A DNA stretch of 64,000 nt from Octopus vulgaris (taxonomy: Eukaryota). Under the pieces are notes generated by a model that ran no database searches, had not been told where the DNA came from, and saw only the letters and a program-made list of their open reading frames with translations. Positions 28,186 to 42,443 of the stretch are shown here, in pieces. A program made the position numbers and the translations under genes. Location: the NCBI GenBank assembly GCA_951406725.2, contig OX597834.1:46066001-46130000 (forward strand), read 5' to 3'. The first letter of the stretch is position 1. Every line of letters starts with the position of its first letter.

Positions 28186-29029
28186 ATAAATCTGAACTGA
28201 ACTGCAAATTCATCTTGGTTACCAAATCCAGTGAATAAGATTTTTTTTCAGTTAAAATCCGCATTTTGTGGTAACCCAGAGAGAGTATTTGCGTTGATAA
28301 GAACAACTTAAGAAAAGAACGTTCATAGAGAATCGATTGAATTGCAACTGATCCGACTTTCTTTGAGGCAAAATATAACGTTTGGGTGTTCTGTTCTTTA
28401 AGAGAATCTAAAACAAGATGAAAGAGTGAAAGAATTCTTTACTTCCCTGAAGATCGATGAATTAATAGACGATGCCTAAGCAAGGAAATTATAAAACATA
28501 TTCTTTTACTAGCCTCATAGATATGAAACAAGTCTCTATTTCGGGATCCCGAATCTAGATTTTATAACTTCGTAGCTACCGTTCAAAATTTTGAATTTAG
28601 AAATATTATATCGTTTTTCAATGGACCCAAATATCAGAAGCAGCTCTGTATTTCCCAGTTTTCAATCTGAAATTTATAACTTCGCAGCTGTTTTATTAAA
28701 GAGTTGGAGGTGTTGGCCTATACGTGGATTGAGGATGTCACATTGAAGAATTAATACACTATGGTGGATTCTCCGTCGTTCTCGACGACGAGCTTTCAGT
28801 AGTTCAACCAATGGAATTTTACTCGTGTAGTTCATATTTCTACATAGATTCCTTCAACATAATTCTCTGACAATGCATTGATCAGCACGAGGCTATAATA
28901 AAAGAACAGAAGACACTCGTCCAAGTGCACTGGGACGCAGACCGAAATCCCTCGCTTCCATGAAGTCATGCTAAATATATACACTCGATGTATATTCGAA
29001 ACGAGATATCAATATGCAAATATCATTGA

Positions 29030-29175
29030 CCCAAGTACGTAACTGGTACTTAATTTATCGACTGCGAAAGAATGAAAGGCAAAGTCGACCTAGGCGTAAT
29101 TTGAACTCAGAACGTAGCGACGGGCGCTAAACACTTCCTCCGGTGTGCTAACGTTTCTTCCAGCTCACCGCCTTA
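29030..29175 (-). mobile_element. SINE family B
   Basis: aactggtacttaatttatcgac...atgaaaggcaaagtcgacc...atttgaactcagaacgta...tgctaacgtttc..ccagctcaccgcc. Confidence 0.8.
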
Positions 29176-29236
29176 CTAACAATTTAAAATGACATGAAAA
29201 TAACCGAGCGATGGGAGGACAAACAAAGATACACAA

Positions 29237-29318
<82 letters not shown>

Positions 29319-29342
29319 TCAATACATAGCAGAGTAAATTAA

Positions 29343-29468
29343 TTTATTATATAGAAGGAGCTTCTACAGGACTAGAACTGTTTCATTCAAAAGAAATCAT
29401 CAGGGAGCTCATGATTTCTTTTGAATGAAACAGTTCTAGTCCTGTAGAAGCTCCTTCTATAAAATAAA
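29343..29468. repeat. 58-bp near-perfect inverted repeat (29343-29400 / 29411-29468, 10-nt spacer)
   Basis: tatagaaggagcttctacaggactagaactgtttcattcaaaagaaatcat [cagggagctc] atgatttcttttgaatgaaacagttctagtcctgtagaagctccttctata. Confidence 0.95.
29358..29410 (-). ncRNA. Type I hammerhead ribozyme, canonical CUGAUGA core
   Basis: Minus strand GAGCUCC-CUGAUGA-U.UUC(UUUU)GAA.U-GAAA-CAG(UUCUAGUC)CUG-UA/GAAGCUC: stem I 6 of 7 paired, 4-bp stem III including A15.1-U16.1, GUA triplet, U.U at the base of stem II. Confidence 0.75.
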
Positions 29469-29720
29469 TATATATATATATATACGACAGGCTTCTTTCA
29501 GTTTTCGTCTACCAAATTCACTCACAAGGCTTTGGTCGGCCTGAGGCTATGGTAGAAGGCACTTGCCCAAGGTGCCACGCAGTGGGATTGAACCTGGAAC
29601 CATGTAGTTGGTAAGTAAGCTTCTTACCACACAGCCACTCCTATATATGTAGGCATTTAGATAAATAGAAGAAGAGGTACACACGAAGTATATGTGTGTG
29701 TTTGTGTGTGTGTGTGTGGA

Positions 29721-30060
29721 CGTATGAAAGCTGAACTCATGAGTCATCTTCGCAGTCATAAAACGAGACAGATGAGTGACAACCTGGCCACTGGTGGTGG
29801 TGTAACACACCATACTAATCATATCTGTCGGGCATGTGGAAGAGAGTGTAATTCGGCGGGAGGACTTAAACGACATGCAAAGGTACATGAAGTCCAGTTA
29901 CAACTACAGCCGGCTATTACCAGTAAAGGTTTTAGTTGCCAATTCTGTACAAGACATTGTAGATCTTTAGCTGGGCTAAAAAGTCACATTCGATCACAGC
30001 ACCAGTAACATTTAAGCTTCGTGCAATAGCCATACTCGATAACGAGGGGGCAGCCATAAT
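29721..30060 (+). mobile_element. 3' end of an RTE-like LINE encoding tandem C2H2 zinc fingers plus a short 3' UTR stem-loop
   Basis: KAELMSHLRSH...HICRACGRECNSAGGLKRHAKVH...FSCQFCTRHCRSLAGLKSHIRSQH* (stop ends 30008), then ctcgataacgag hairpin. The CxxCxRxCxSxxGLxSHxR motif is typical of RTE ORF C-termini. Confidence 0.7.
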
Positions 30061-30947
30061 ATATACGTGTGTGCATATGTGTGTGGGTGGGTGTATGCAT
30101 GAATGTATTTATGTATATATGTATTATTATGCCAACAAATAATTTAGAATTGCAATAAAAAAAATTCGACGATATATTGTAGTTCTTCCATTTTGTCCAA
30201 AAACGAATTACTTCGGCACCAGCGGATGAAATATTGTAGAAGAATTAACGAACTGATCCATCTTGCATAATTTGATATCGGTATCGAAACATTCCTACTC
30301 TGTGTGTGTGTCTATTTTATTTATCTATATTTACGCATGTGTGAGTAATGTGCAACTGTGCGTGAGTGTGTGAGGTGCAAGAGTGTTTACGCGTATGCAT
30401 ATTGCACATTCTACGATTGTATGTATATGTGAGAGCAGAATGTGTCTCTGCCTCTGCTATCGATGCGACCGTGAATGTTATGCTTTCGTGTGTGTGCGCG
30501 TGTGTGTGTGTGTGTGCGTGTGTGTGTGTTTGTGTGTCTGTGTGCATTATTTACCTGAAAATTTGCAATCCATATTATATTCGCCAGTAACTGTGTCTAA
30601 CAGTATTATAAGTTTAGGACTGTTACAGTACATTATATGCATACATATGAGTGTATGTATGTATATATGTATGTATGTATGTATGTATGCATGTGTGTGT
30701 GTGTATGTATATACATATATAAATATGCACACACATCGAGTTCACAGTATATCAGTATACTATATATATATTTATATGTATATGCATATATACTATATAT
30801 ATATACATTTGTACTATATGAATATATATATATATATATATAGGAGACTTGTACATTAGGGACATAAATATATGCTTTTACATATACATCTATATAACAT
30901 ATATATACATATGTATATATATATACATATCTATCTATCTATATATC

Positions 30948-30992
<45 letters not shown>

Positions 30993-31289
30993 GCGAGAGT
31001 AAATTGAGATAAATAACAAAGCTCAGATTTCTTTCAGACGACAGACTATCATTGACAGCGGCTTTAACCCAAGATTAATTGATACACATATATCTATGAC
31101 AAACCACAGTATAAACCGTCTGGCTGTTTTTACTATTTCATAATGTAATTTACTATTCTCGGTGAGAGCTCTTCCTCTGTATCTTAGAGCTTATCTCAAA
31201 TGCTATTTCATTTCAATTTTCCAGGATTTACTTGCTTGAGTCAAGCGAGAAAAATATCAAATGAAAACAGAATTTCCTTACATTAATAG

Positions 31290-31540
31290 GTGGTGTTGTG
31301 GCTGTGTGCTAGGACGTTTCCCGCCCAACTACATGGTTCCAAATTCAGTCCCACTGTGGACATCTTGGGTAAGTCTCTGCTGCCAAACCCCAATCCGACC
31401 AAAAATTAGTGAGTGGATTTTGTAGAGGGAAACTCACAGAAGCTTCTATGTGTGAGTGAGTGTTTATATGTATGTATTAATGTGTCTGATATGCATGTCC
31501 TAGTGTTTATGTTTGGTCCACCCCACAATCACTTGACAAT
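31290..31540 (+). mobile_element. Degraded SINE family A (5' half)
   Basis: gtggctgtgtg...cccaactacatggttcc..attcagtcccactg...gtgagtggattttgtag. Confidence 0.7.
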
Positions 31541-31895
31541 CGCTCTTCTTAATTTAGCATCATTTTTTTTTCTGCTTCTGTCGCCGGCATCATCTTTTGT
31601 CATCTGACTTTACCGTGTTTCAGTAATTAAACTGCGATTGAGCAGGCTGAGGCAACGCCTTGAAGCATTTTAGATCAGAGACAATCAACGCTGGGGCGTT
31701 TTCCATCCAGTTTGGTACTTGTCTTCTTTATCCGAACCACTGTCGCTAAGTTACAGCAAGGTCAACAGAATGATATCGGTTCTTGAGATGTGGATGGGGG
31801 TCAAGTAAAATGATAAAGACAGAATATACATGTACACACACATACGCACACATGCACACACTCATACATAAACATACACACGCACACACACACAT

Positions 31896-31970
<75 letters not shown>

Positions 31971-31980
31971 CATATATATA

Positions 31981-32176
31981 GGGAGAATTCACAAATAAAA
32001 CAAAAGATGAAGACAGGTGGTGAAGAAAACAAACAGATGTATTAGTATAACGCTCGGGAATTGAAAAAGTCATTAACGTTTCGAGCCTACGCTCTTCTAC
32101 AGAAAGGAACACAGAAAGAAACAAAGAGAGAAACAAGGAAAGGAAATGTGTGTAGTGTCTAGCGATCTAACATGAC

Positions 32177-32178
<2 letters not shown>
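31981..32178 (-). mobile_element. (TA)n-flanked Penelope pLTR-like remnant with a degenerate hammerhead-like motif (32074-32102)
   Basis: Minus strand CUGUAGA-A-GAGC(GUAG)GCUC-GAAA-CG-UUA; core A6 is mutated and stem I does not pair well. Confidence 0.45.
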
Positions 32179-32226
<48 letters not shown>

Positions 32227-33051
32227 TTATTTATATGCATAAACACACATACATACATACAGAAATACACATATACATAACACAAACCCACATACACATA
32301 GAAGCACACACACATATATGTGTGCGATGTATGTCATACATAATCAAATCAACATTTATGCTGTCTATAAATTAGATATTTACAAAGTATATCCATTGCC
32401 GACATATACACCAAGTGTCTAAGCAACTAGTCATCATGTATGCACTTGGTTTAAACAGTCGAAACAAGACAGAAACAACATGGCCGGCTTATATTTAGAA
32501 GTAAAATTGCTCGATCGCGAAAGTCTTCAGAATCGCAACTACAACAACTATATCAACACCAGCTGCATCAACAAACATCGAGACAGGGCAGGTCTATCTA
32601 TCCGGTCAATATATGCACACTATAACAATATATTTATACTGGAAGAAGATGATTGCGGTAAACTTCTAAAATAACGGTATCCTCCGAGGTTTTTAAGATG
32701 CCGATATTGTGAATTTTTATGTCTGGGTTAATATATTCTTGGGCAATTCTTGTTTTCCTGTTTTCATTTTCGAAGCGTTTGTTACACAAAATCTATGAAT
32801 TCCATTACACATGCGTGGAATCACGAACACATACTCTCTTTGTTTGTGTGTGTGCGTGTGTGTGCGTGGGCGTGTGTGTGCGTGTGTGTGCCTGTGTGTG
32901 TATGTGTGTAAGTATGTATGTATTTTTGTATGTACCTAAGTATGTAATATAATATATATTAATATGTATAGATATAGATATAGGAACAACTCCTACGTAT
33001 AAATAAGTATATTGATATATATGCGTATATATGTATATATATTTTAATGCA

Positions 33052-33105
<54 letters not shown>

Positions 33106-34294
33106 AGTATGTTTGTCCGTGTCCGCGTGTGTTTGTGTGTATATATTTGTTGTATATGTTATTTAGTATCATTTTTAGATTTCTTTCAAATAGAGAACGG
33201 GTCTATTTCTAACCTAGATCCAAGGTCCATCACGGCATTTCTGCATGTTTGTACGTTGATGTGCAGCAGTATTTGCAGACAGTACATTTGCAGATTTGTA
33301 TGCTGGGTTTTATATATGTATTCTGATGCAAACATTTGCATACCCACTCATATTCATATACATTGAAATGCTAAACTCCTGGGAAGTTTCACAATCTGTA
33401 ATCTTCTCATTAGCTTTCTCCTTCTTGGCTTTCTCAATATTGGTGCTTAAACAGTTTACAAATCCTACTACCCACATAACTACAATCATGACTACGAACT
33501 TTCCAATATTTAGAAGTATAAATCTGAACTACAGTTTTGTATGTACGTATGTACAATAGCTTGTTACATGTTGCACGTTTGTTACACATCAAAACTATTC
33601 AATTTTAATTAATTTATAATAGTGTATATATTTATTAAACTTAATGAGGAAAAGTTTGACAGTGGCTCCCGATGTTTTGGATTACTTGTTGTCATCAGAC
33701 CGTGATTTACACTGGATTTATATCAGTTTTGGCAGGGTTTTCCTTTAATAAGTGCAATAATATCATTAAAGACTATCTGTAAGTACTGGGAACGGATGCT
33801 TCGACTAATAGCCTCCCGTCCAAATTGCAGGACCCTGAAGAGAACACCTATGATCAAAGTCATCCGTGCTATCAGCATTCTAATCATAAAAGATTTTTAC
33901 ACAAATAAAATATATTTAATTATAATCATTAAAATCAGACGTAGTTGTACTTCCAAAATGGCGCGCAATATTAGACTAATCCATATCTAGAAAAATACTA
34001 GTGTTTAGAGAGGAGTGTATGTGTGGTTTTTAAGAATGTGTATAAGTATATATATTGATGGATGGACGAAGGGAGGGAAAGAACGGATATGTCATAGCTG
34101 ATGGATCCAGGGATGGACAGGTGGATGGATGCAAGATGGATTTATGAATTGGTGAATAGATGAATGAATAGACGGGTAGATGCTTCCATCTTCCCAAAAA
34201 CTGGAGGGAATGAAAGCAATGAATAAAATGCAGTTCAAAAAAGCATACAAGAAACGCTCGTTAATTAGCAGAAAACCCAACAAATGTGTAACTG

Positions 34295-34361
<67 letters not shown>

Positions 34362-34527
34362 GTTATTATTATTATTATTATTATTACGATTATTAATATG
34401 ATATACAGAGAGTCAGGAGGACGGTCGACAGACCGGTACAGCACACATATTCATAAGTATATAAACTCACAACCATCTGTTTACTCACACACACACACAC
34501 ACACACACACGCGCGCACACACGCTCA

Positions 34528-34561
<34 letters not shown>

Positions 34562-35079
34562 TATGTGTGCGTGTGTGTGTCAATTGAACACGCTAATGAT
34601 ATATCAACAATTAATTGGAATCCGCGCTGAGAAGTGGCGACTTCAGAACTTGACTCCTTCAGGCAAGTCTAGGTATGTATGATGCACAAATACATACTTA
34701 GGTATACACTAATATACAATGCAATACACACACACATACACACACACATAAACATGCGCACACGAACACACGCACGCACATACACAAACACATACATTGA
34801 TGTGTATATAAACATTAAATATTTATAAGTATATATGTTTACATGAATCTGTGCGCGTGTGTGTCTTTGCATGTATCAGTGTGCGTAAGGTAACAATTAA
34901 AGCCAAGAATATTCCGTGGCCTTCACGAATCTCTCAGAAGTGATGTTGCAATTCCCGAGTTCTACAAGTTATGTGTACGAACGCTAGCGATTGAGTACTT
35001 CTATATTACGTCTGTTTGTATACGTAGTATATACAAACAAAATACATTATATATATATATATATAAATATAAAACGATA

Positions 35080-35348
35080 AACGTCGCCCGTTTCAAGCCT
35101 AGCTAGGCTCATGGGCCCGGTTTCCCGGTTTCTGTGGCGTATGTGTTCCCTCCAGCTGGACAGGACGCCAGTCCATCGCAGCGTTACTCAAGAAACAGGA
35201 AGAAAGAGTAAGAGAAAGTTGTGGTCCCCCAGCACCCCCTGCCGGATTATTGTGGAGCTTTTAGGCGTTTTCGCTCAATAAACACACACAACGCCCGGTC
35301 TGTGAATCGAAACCGCGAGTCCACTTCCCTAACCACTGGGCCTCCGCC

Positions 35349-35349
<1 letters not shown>
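35080..35349 (-). mobile_element. tRNA-headed SINE family D with V-domain-like 3' part
   Basis: Minus strand ggcccagtggttaggg...ggtttcgattc head; ctgcgatggactggcgtcctgtccagc...cagaaaccgggaaaccgggcccatgagcc resembles the V-SINE domain. Confidence 0.75.
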
Positions 35350-35414
<65 letters not shown>

Positions 35415-35429
35415 TATACATAAATAACA

Positions 35430-35510
35430 CCTCTGTGTGCTTTGGGTGTGTGCTGCGGTTTGATGTAATGCTCTTATGGTTACAGTATTGAAAGTGTTTT
35501 GCGTAGGATA
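35430..35510 (-). mobile_element. ~80-bp 3' fragment of the R4/Dong family next to (ATT)n
   Basis: Aligns with ~1598-1676 (ctctgtgtgc.ttgggt.tgtgctg...atgctct.atggtta...gaaagtgtt.tgcgtaggat). Encodes ILRKTLSIL*, compared with ILRRTLSIQ*. Confidence 0.8.
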
Positions 35511-36330
35511 TTATTATTATTATTATTATTTATAGTAGTAGTATCATCATTATTATTATTGTTATTATCACCATTATTATTATTATTATCATCATTATTA
35601 TTAGTAGTTGTAGTATTAATATGATTATGATTACCATCATCATCATCGTCATCATCATCATTATTTACTAATATTACGTTTGAAACAATTATCAACTTGA
35701 AGATGCTCATCATCGTCTCTGTTATTACTCTGAATGTTATTACTCTTGCTATTACTAATGTCAGCTTTCGCATTTCTCAGCAACCCCGTCACCACCATCT
35801 CTCTCACAAGTGTTGCCAGAACCACTGCATTATCGCTAAAATCCCTAATGAGGTGAGAATAACCAGTTTCATTTATTTCGTTTTTAATTGTTCCTTTGAT
35901 TGATTGAACTTATTTTTTCATTATTTGTTGTAATTTTGAATTCGTTCGTAATGAAGCAATTTAAAATCCATCCCCGACCATTATGGTACAACCCACCGTG
36001 CAACCTACCAACGTCTACCAGCCGACACCGTCGTTATTATAGCGTTCAGCAGTCTTGTAACCAAGTTCAATCAACTACTGACCTTTACTTTACATCAGTA
36101 AATTGCAGTCCGACAAAAGAAAAACGGAAGAAAACTTACAGATATGTATATTCATACGTATGCACACATTTATATACACATGAATGTGAATTTATACATA
36201 TACACATATGTGTGTGTGTGTCTGTGTGTGTCTGTGTGTAAGAGAGTATATACATGTATATGAGAGTGCGATTGGTTGAGGAATATCTATTTATGAATGT
36301 ATTTTGAATAGATATATGAACGTACGTGTA

Positions 36331-36365
<35 letters not shown>

Positions 36366-36390
36366 CTATATACATATATCTGTACGCATG

Positions 36391-36458
<68 letters not shown>

Positions 36459-36618
36459 TATATATATATTTTACACACATACAGACATTCATACATATAT
36501 AATTTTGTAAATGACAAATAAATATTCATTAAAATTCCCAAACTTAATAACCGAGAATTTTGCGTTTAAATTAAGTTTGAATCGGTTGGCTGGAGATAAA
36601 GAATACTAATAATAATAA

Positions 36619-36703
<85 letters not shown>

Positions 36704-36796
36704 AAGAAGAAGAAGAAGAAGAAGAAGAAGAAGAATAGTAATAGTAATAATAATAATAACAACAACAACAACAATAGTAATAATAATAATAATAAT

Positions 36797-36849
<53 letters not shown>

Positions 36850-37260
36850 TTTTCAAATTTTGCCACAAGAGCAACAATTTTGAGGGAAGAGATGAGTGGA
36901 TTACATCGTCCCAGAGGAAGTGAAGGGCAAAGTTGACCGCGGTGGAATTTGAACTCAGGTCGTAGCGTCGGGTGAAATACCGCTAAGCATTTCGCCCAGC
37001 AAACTGCAAGAATTTCGCCGCCGACCTTGAAAGGATGGAAGATAAACTCGACCTCAACGGAATTCAATTTCAGAGCATAAAAACGGCCAAAACAATGTTA
37101 AGTATTTTCTCTGGTGGGTTACCGATCCTGCTATTTCACCGCCTTTTTAATAATAATGCAATTGGTTTCAACTTTCGGCACAAAGCCAGTAATTTACGGG
37201 GATAAACTATGTTGATTACAGCGCCTCCAGTGCTCATATGATACTTACTTTATTGACACT
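36850..37260 (-). mobile_element. Cluster of 2-3 partial SINE family B copies
   Basis: gaagggcaaagttgaccgcggtggaatttgaactc..gaaataccgctaagcatttcgcc; gaaaggatggaagataaactcgacctc. Confidence 0.7.
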
Positions 37261-37739
37261 GGTGGAGGGGGGGGGTTGAGACTTTTGCGGGTAAATAGGG
37301 TTAACGGTAAAAACATGATGATGATGATAATGATGACTACGACGACGACGATGATGATGATGATGATGGTGATGTTGCTGCTCGTGGTGGTCGGGGGAGG
37401 GGTATGATGATGACCATTATTATGGTCGTGATCATGACACTTTACCCAGCTGTGGAAATAGTGATAGCGCTTATATTGCATCAGTTGTGAAATAGGCTCT
37501 GTGAAGAATGCAGCAGGAATACAAACACCATAGTCTCTATACCGATCCAAACAGAAAGGCAGTTGAATGGTGAAGTGTTGCGTTTTCTGTGAAACCATCG
37601 TGAAAAGCAGTCACGCATAGAGTAATGGTGTTACTGTCAGCGGTGATAACACATCTCCAAGCCTGAAGGAGAAACGATCCTTTGCAGGCATTACTATGTT
37701 GATAAGACTTTCGTTGCAAAACTACGTAGTTTCAGCTTT

Positions 37740-37925
37740 AGTATTTCGTCTGTCTTTACGTTCTGAGTTCAAATTCCGCCGAGGTCGACTTTGCCTTTCA
37801 TCCTTTCGGGGTCGATTAAATAAGTACCAGTTACGCACTGGGGTCGATAGAATCGACTTAATCCGTTTGTCTGTCCTTGTTTTTTCCTCTCTTTGTTTAG
37901 CCCCTTGTGGGTAGTAAAGAAATAG
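37740..37925 (+). mobile_element. SINE family B, well preserved 3' part
   Basis: gagttcaaattccgccgaggtcgactttgcctttcatcctttcggggtcgattaaataagtaccagttacgcactggggtcgat. Confidence 0.9.
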
Positions 37926-38046
37926 AAATAGATATTACACTTCTCGGTCCTTTAAACAAGTGCCTTCTGCTTTAGTTTTAGATCAACCAGCAAATTATGA
38001 GAGCGTTTGGTAAGCAGAACTATGGGGTAATCCGTATTATACACAC

Positions 38047-38385
38047 GCTTGTTTCAGTCATTTGACTGCGTCCATGCTGGGGCACCACCTTTAGTCGAGC
38101 AAATCGACCCCAGGATTTATTCTTTCTAAACCGTGTACTTGTTCTATCAGTTCTTTTGCCGAACCGCTAGGTTACGGGGACGTAAACACAGACAAACAAA
38201 AGCACACACACACACACACATACATATATACGACCAGCTTCTTTAAGTTTCCGCCTACCAAATCCACTCACAAGGTTCTGGTCGCCCCGAGGCTATAATA
38301 GAAGACACTTGCCCAAGGTGCCACGTAGTGGGACTCGGAACCATGTGGTTCGTAAGCAAGCTACTTACCACACAGCCGCTCCTAC
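38047..38385 (-). mobile_element. SINE family A, near full length
   Basis: cttgtttcagtcatttgactgcg..ccatgctgg...gacacttgcccaaggtgccacg...aagcaagctacttaccacacagcc. Confidence 0.9.
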
Positions 38386-38918
38386 TATATGTCAAACTTA
38401 GGTGTAACTGGGTGCACGTTACTATATATGTACCTATATATGTTTGTACTTTATGACTACCTGTGTTTGTGTAACTTTAGTTTCAGAGGGAACCTAGAAG
38501 ACATCCATGTCAGTATGGGGTGGGGTCCGATGATTGACATGAACAAAGTTCATGCAAAGGCAACGTTGTCAATTTCTCAGTACGAGCACATTTTAGAATA
38601 TTACACCGTATATTTGTCATTTATGTACGCCCGTAATGTACGTTGGTGTGTATACATCGATACACGTATCTTTATATTTATACATGTATATGTAAGTATA
38701 AGAAAATAAGCATTGTATTTGTATATATGTGCGTGTCTGTGTGTACTTTGTGTGTGTAAGTATGTATGTATGTGTGTGCTTATATGCATGTTTCGTTGCC
38801 ATTTAGTGACAACTGTTATCATTCGTTATAAATGAAATTATGGTCAAAAATATATTTCTTTAAAACAGATCGATATGCGTACATGTGTGCGTCAATGTGT
38901 GTCTATGTATACATATAC

Positions 38919-38977
<59 letters not shown>

Positions 38978-39259
38978 TACATACATTCATACATATATAA
39001 GTGTATATATATTTATATGTAAATATAAATATATATATATATATATATATACATATGTATGTATGTATGCATGCATGTATGTATGTATGTAAATATATCC
39101 CTATCAACCAAAAAATTTTGAAAATTTTGGTAACTTGATTATATGTAAACACACACATATATATGCATACATAAATACATACATATGTATATATGTATGT
39201 ATGTATGTATATATATATATTTGTATAAATACATACATACATACATGTGTGTGTGTTTG

Positions 39260-39292
<33 letters not shown>

Positions 39293-39591
39293 TTGTGCGT
39301 GTGTTATATCGAACGTTTCAAAACCAATACTTCTGACTTGTAAAATGACATTCGTCAAGAAGCGACCATTGAAAGGCCAACATTTCCATAAATGGACATC
39401 ATATATGTCCAAGCCATGAACTTCATCTGCCAAGAAACCAAAGTATTACAGAATATCTTTAATTTCATTAACGTACGCTTCTTTCTTTTCTCCTCTTTCT
39501 TTTTCTTGCATTGCTTTCACTATTTTTTCTCTTGTTTACCTTTTTCTTTCCTCTCTATCTGCCCCTCTCTTAGTCTCTCTTATCCTCGCTC

Positions 39592-39672
<81 letters not shown>

Positions 39673-40201
39673 TTCTCATTGTTTCCCTCCTAGTTTCTCT
39701 TTGCTATTTCTCACATCATCTTTACTCCTCTCCTTCGCTGAATCTCTCTTCCTAACACCGAGACTCTTTCTCCCTCTCCCTCTCCCTCGTTTAATCTTTC
39801 TCTCCATCTCTCATATCTCTGTCTCTAGCTGTCTCTCTATCTCTCTTCCTATTTATTGCCAATTCAATCTCGTTCCTTGTCTATTTTCTGTCTATTTTTC
39901 TTATAGTGTTTAGCTAAAATTTCTTTTATGCCTTCTTTTTTTCTTTCTCCTTTTAGTCCACTCCTTTCTCTCTCTCTCTTTCTATTTGTCTATCTGTCTT
40001 TCAAATGTCTCTCTCTTTCCCCGTTTCTTAATTTCTTCTTCTTCTCTCTTTTTTTCCTGTCTTCTGTGCTTTTCTTCATCAGTTTCATTCTATTAGTACT
40101 TTTTCCATTCTTTCCATCATTTTACTTCATTTCGAACCATATTTCACTTTCCCAGGCCTCCTTCCTAGGTTCTCTATATTACTCTTATATATGTATGTAT
40201 G

Positions 40202-40259
<58 letters not shown>

Positions 40260-40600
40260 AATATGTATGTATACTTATAGACATAGATTCATACATACAT
40301 ACATACATACATACATACATACATACATACATACATACATACATACATACATACATACCCGGTGCCATATTACTACACTGATGTGCTCTACCGCTTGCGT
40401 ATTACATAGTATTGCATCAAACAATCGCTGAAATTTCGAAACAACAGCGAAGAAAACATTCGTAAAGAACAGTTGTTATATTTTGGTTAGGTTTATAACA
40501 GATGTTGTAGATTACATGAAATATATTTGACATTTAAACGTCTATCCATCCTTTCCTTGTGTATATAAACAAATACTACTACTACTACTACTACTACTAC

Positions 40601-40639
<39 letters not shown>

Positions 40640-40658
40640 CAACAACAACAACAACAAA

Positions 40659-40809
<151 letters not shown>

Positions 40810-40837
40810 GTAATAACAACAACAACAATAATAATTA

Positions 40838-41184
40838 ATGCCCTGATGCAGTACCAGGCAGTGGCTCTCATGGTTTCTGATTTGAACGAAACACTCAGAT
40901 TTCCAGAAATGAATTATCCAAACCCCTAAAATTATTTTCAACACATGGCTATGATGCTCCCCCACTACTTCTGATCATAATCAGAGATGCACATATCGTC
41001 AGCCACTAAGGGACATGCTCAACAGATTAAGGTCAAACAACTGACAAACAAATCTGTGGTATTGAGCAGAATATTTGCTGTTGCCCATCTTTTATTCTAA
41101 GACAAAACAATGTACATGATAACACTTCCAATCAGTTAAGACCAGAAGCCACGAGAACCACTGCCTGGTACTGCATCATGGTGT
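40838..41184. mobile_element. Non-autonomous DNA transposon (MITE) with ~45-bp imperfect TIRs
   Basis: Left tgatgcagtaccaggcagtggctctcatggtttctg; right cagaagccacgagaaccactgcctggtactgcatca. The internal region is repeated at 23150-23375. Confidence 0.8.
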
Positions 41185-41186
41185 TT

Positions 41187-41540
<354 letters not shown>

Positions 41541-42350
41541 TACGGATGTGTGTATATATATATATAATCGTATTTGATATCTTTTAGTCTTTCCGTCTTC
41601 CGTCCGCACATTTTCCTATTTGTCTTCTATATAAATTGTCAGATATTTCTCTGTCTCTATCTCTGTGTTTCCCTTTCAACCCTCTACCTCTCTCCCCCTC
41701 TCTCTCTCTCTATATATATATATATATTTATCTCTCCCCTTCTCTCTCCTTCTTCCTCTCTCATTCTCTATTTCCCTCTCTCATCCTCAACACTAAAATT
41801 CCTTTCTCTGTTGTTCCTATTGTTCGTTCATATTTTCCATTTTGAAACACATTACTCGTGCGCTATTTTATCCGCTACAAAACAACACATTTCTTTATTC
41901 TGCAAAAAAAAAATATCCAGCCAAAATGGATATGGTATTCTTTGGTAAAAACAAAATTCTTCAAAATAAAAACCAACATCTATTGAAACACGAATAATCG
42001 CAGCAATATCATGAACCAGGCAATCCTAAAAGTTTAGAGCTTTTGTAAGGTGTCGACTGGAATCTACAGCCTCAACCAATCTTCCTAAAAGACTGTCAGG
42101 AATATATTGCCCCAGGTAAAACCAAATAAGTTAGTTTTTATGCACGTATATTTATGTGTGTCTATGCGTTAGAATATGTAAGTACACGCACACACACACT
42201 CACACACACTCAAGAAGGGACGCCGACACAGACACACAAGAACATATAAGTGTATATGCATATAAGTACATAATTATATGCGACTGTAAGACGACTAAAT
42301 ATCCTCATGTTTGTGTATACATGTGTGTGCGTTTGTGTGTCTGTGCATAA

Positions 42351-42391
<41 letters not shown>

Positions 42392-42405
42392 CTGTGTGTG
42401 TATAC

Positions 42406-42443
<38 letters not shown>

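Larger units (their letters stand above)
29205..29643 (-). mobile_element. SINE family A interrupted in its internal (TA)n linker by a hammerhead-bearing palindrome
   Basis: 3' part at 29205-29240, head at 29483-29643, insert at ~29320-29470. Confidence 0.8.
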
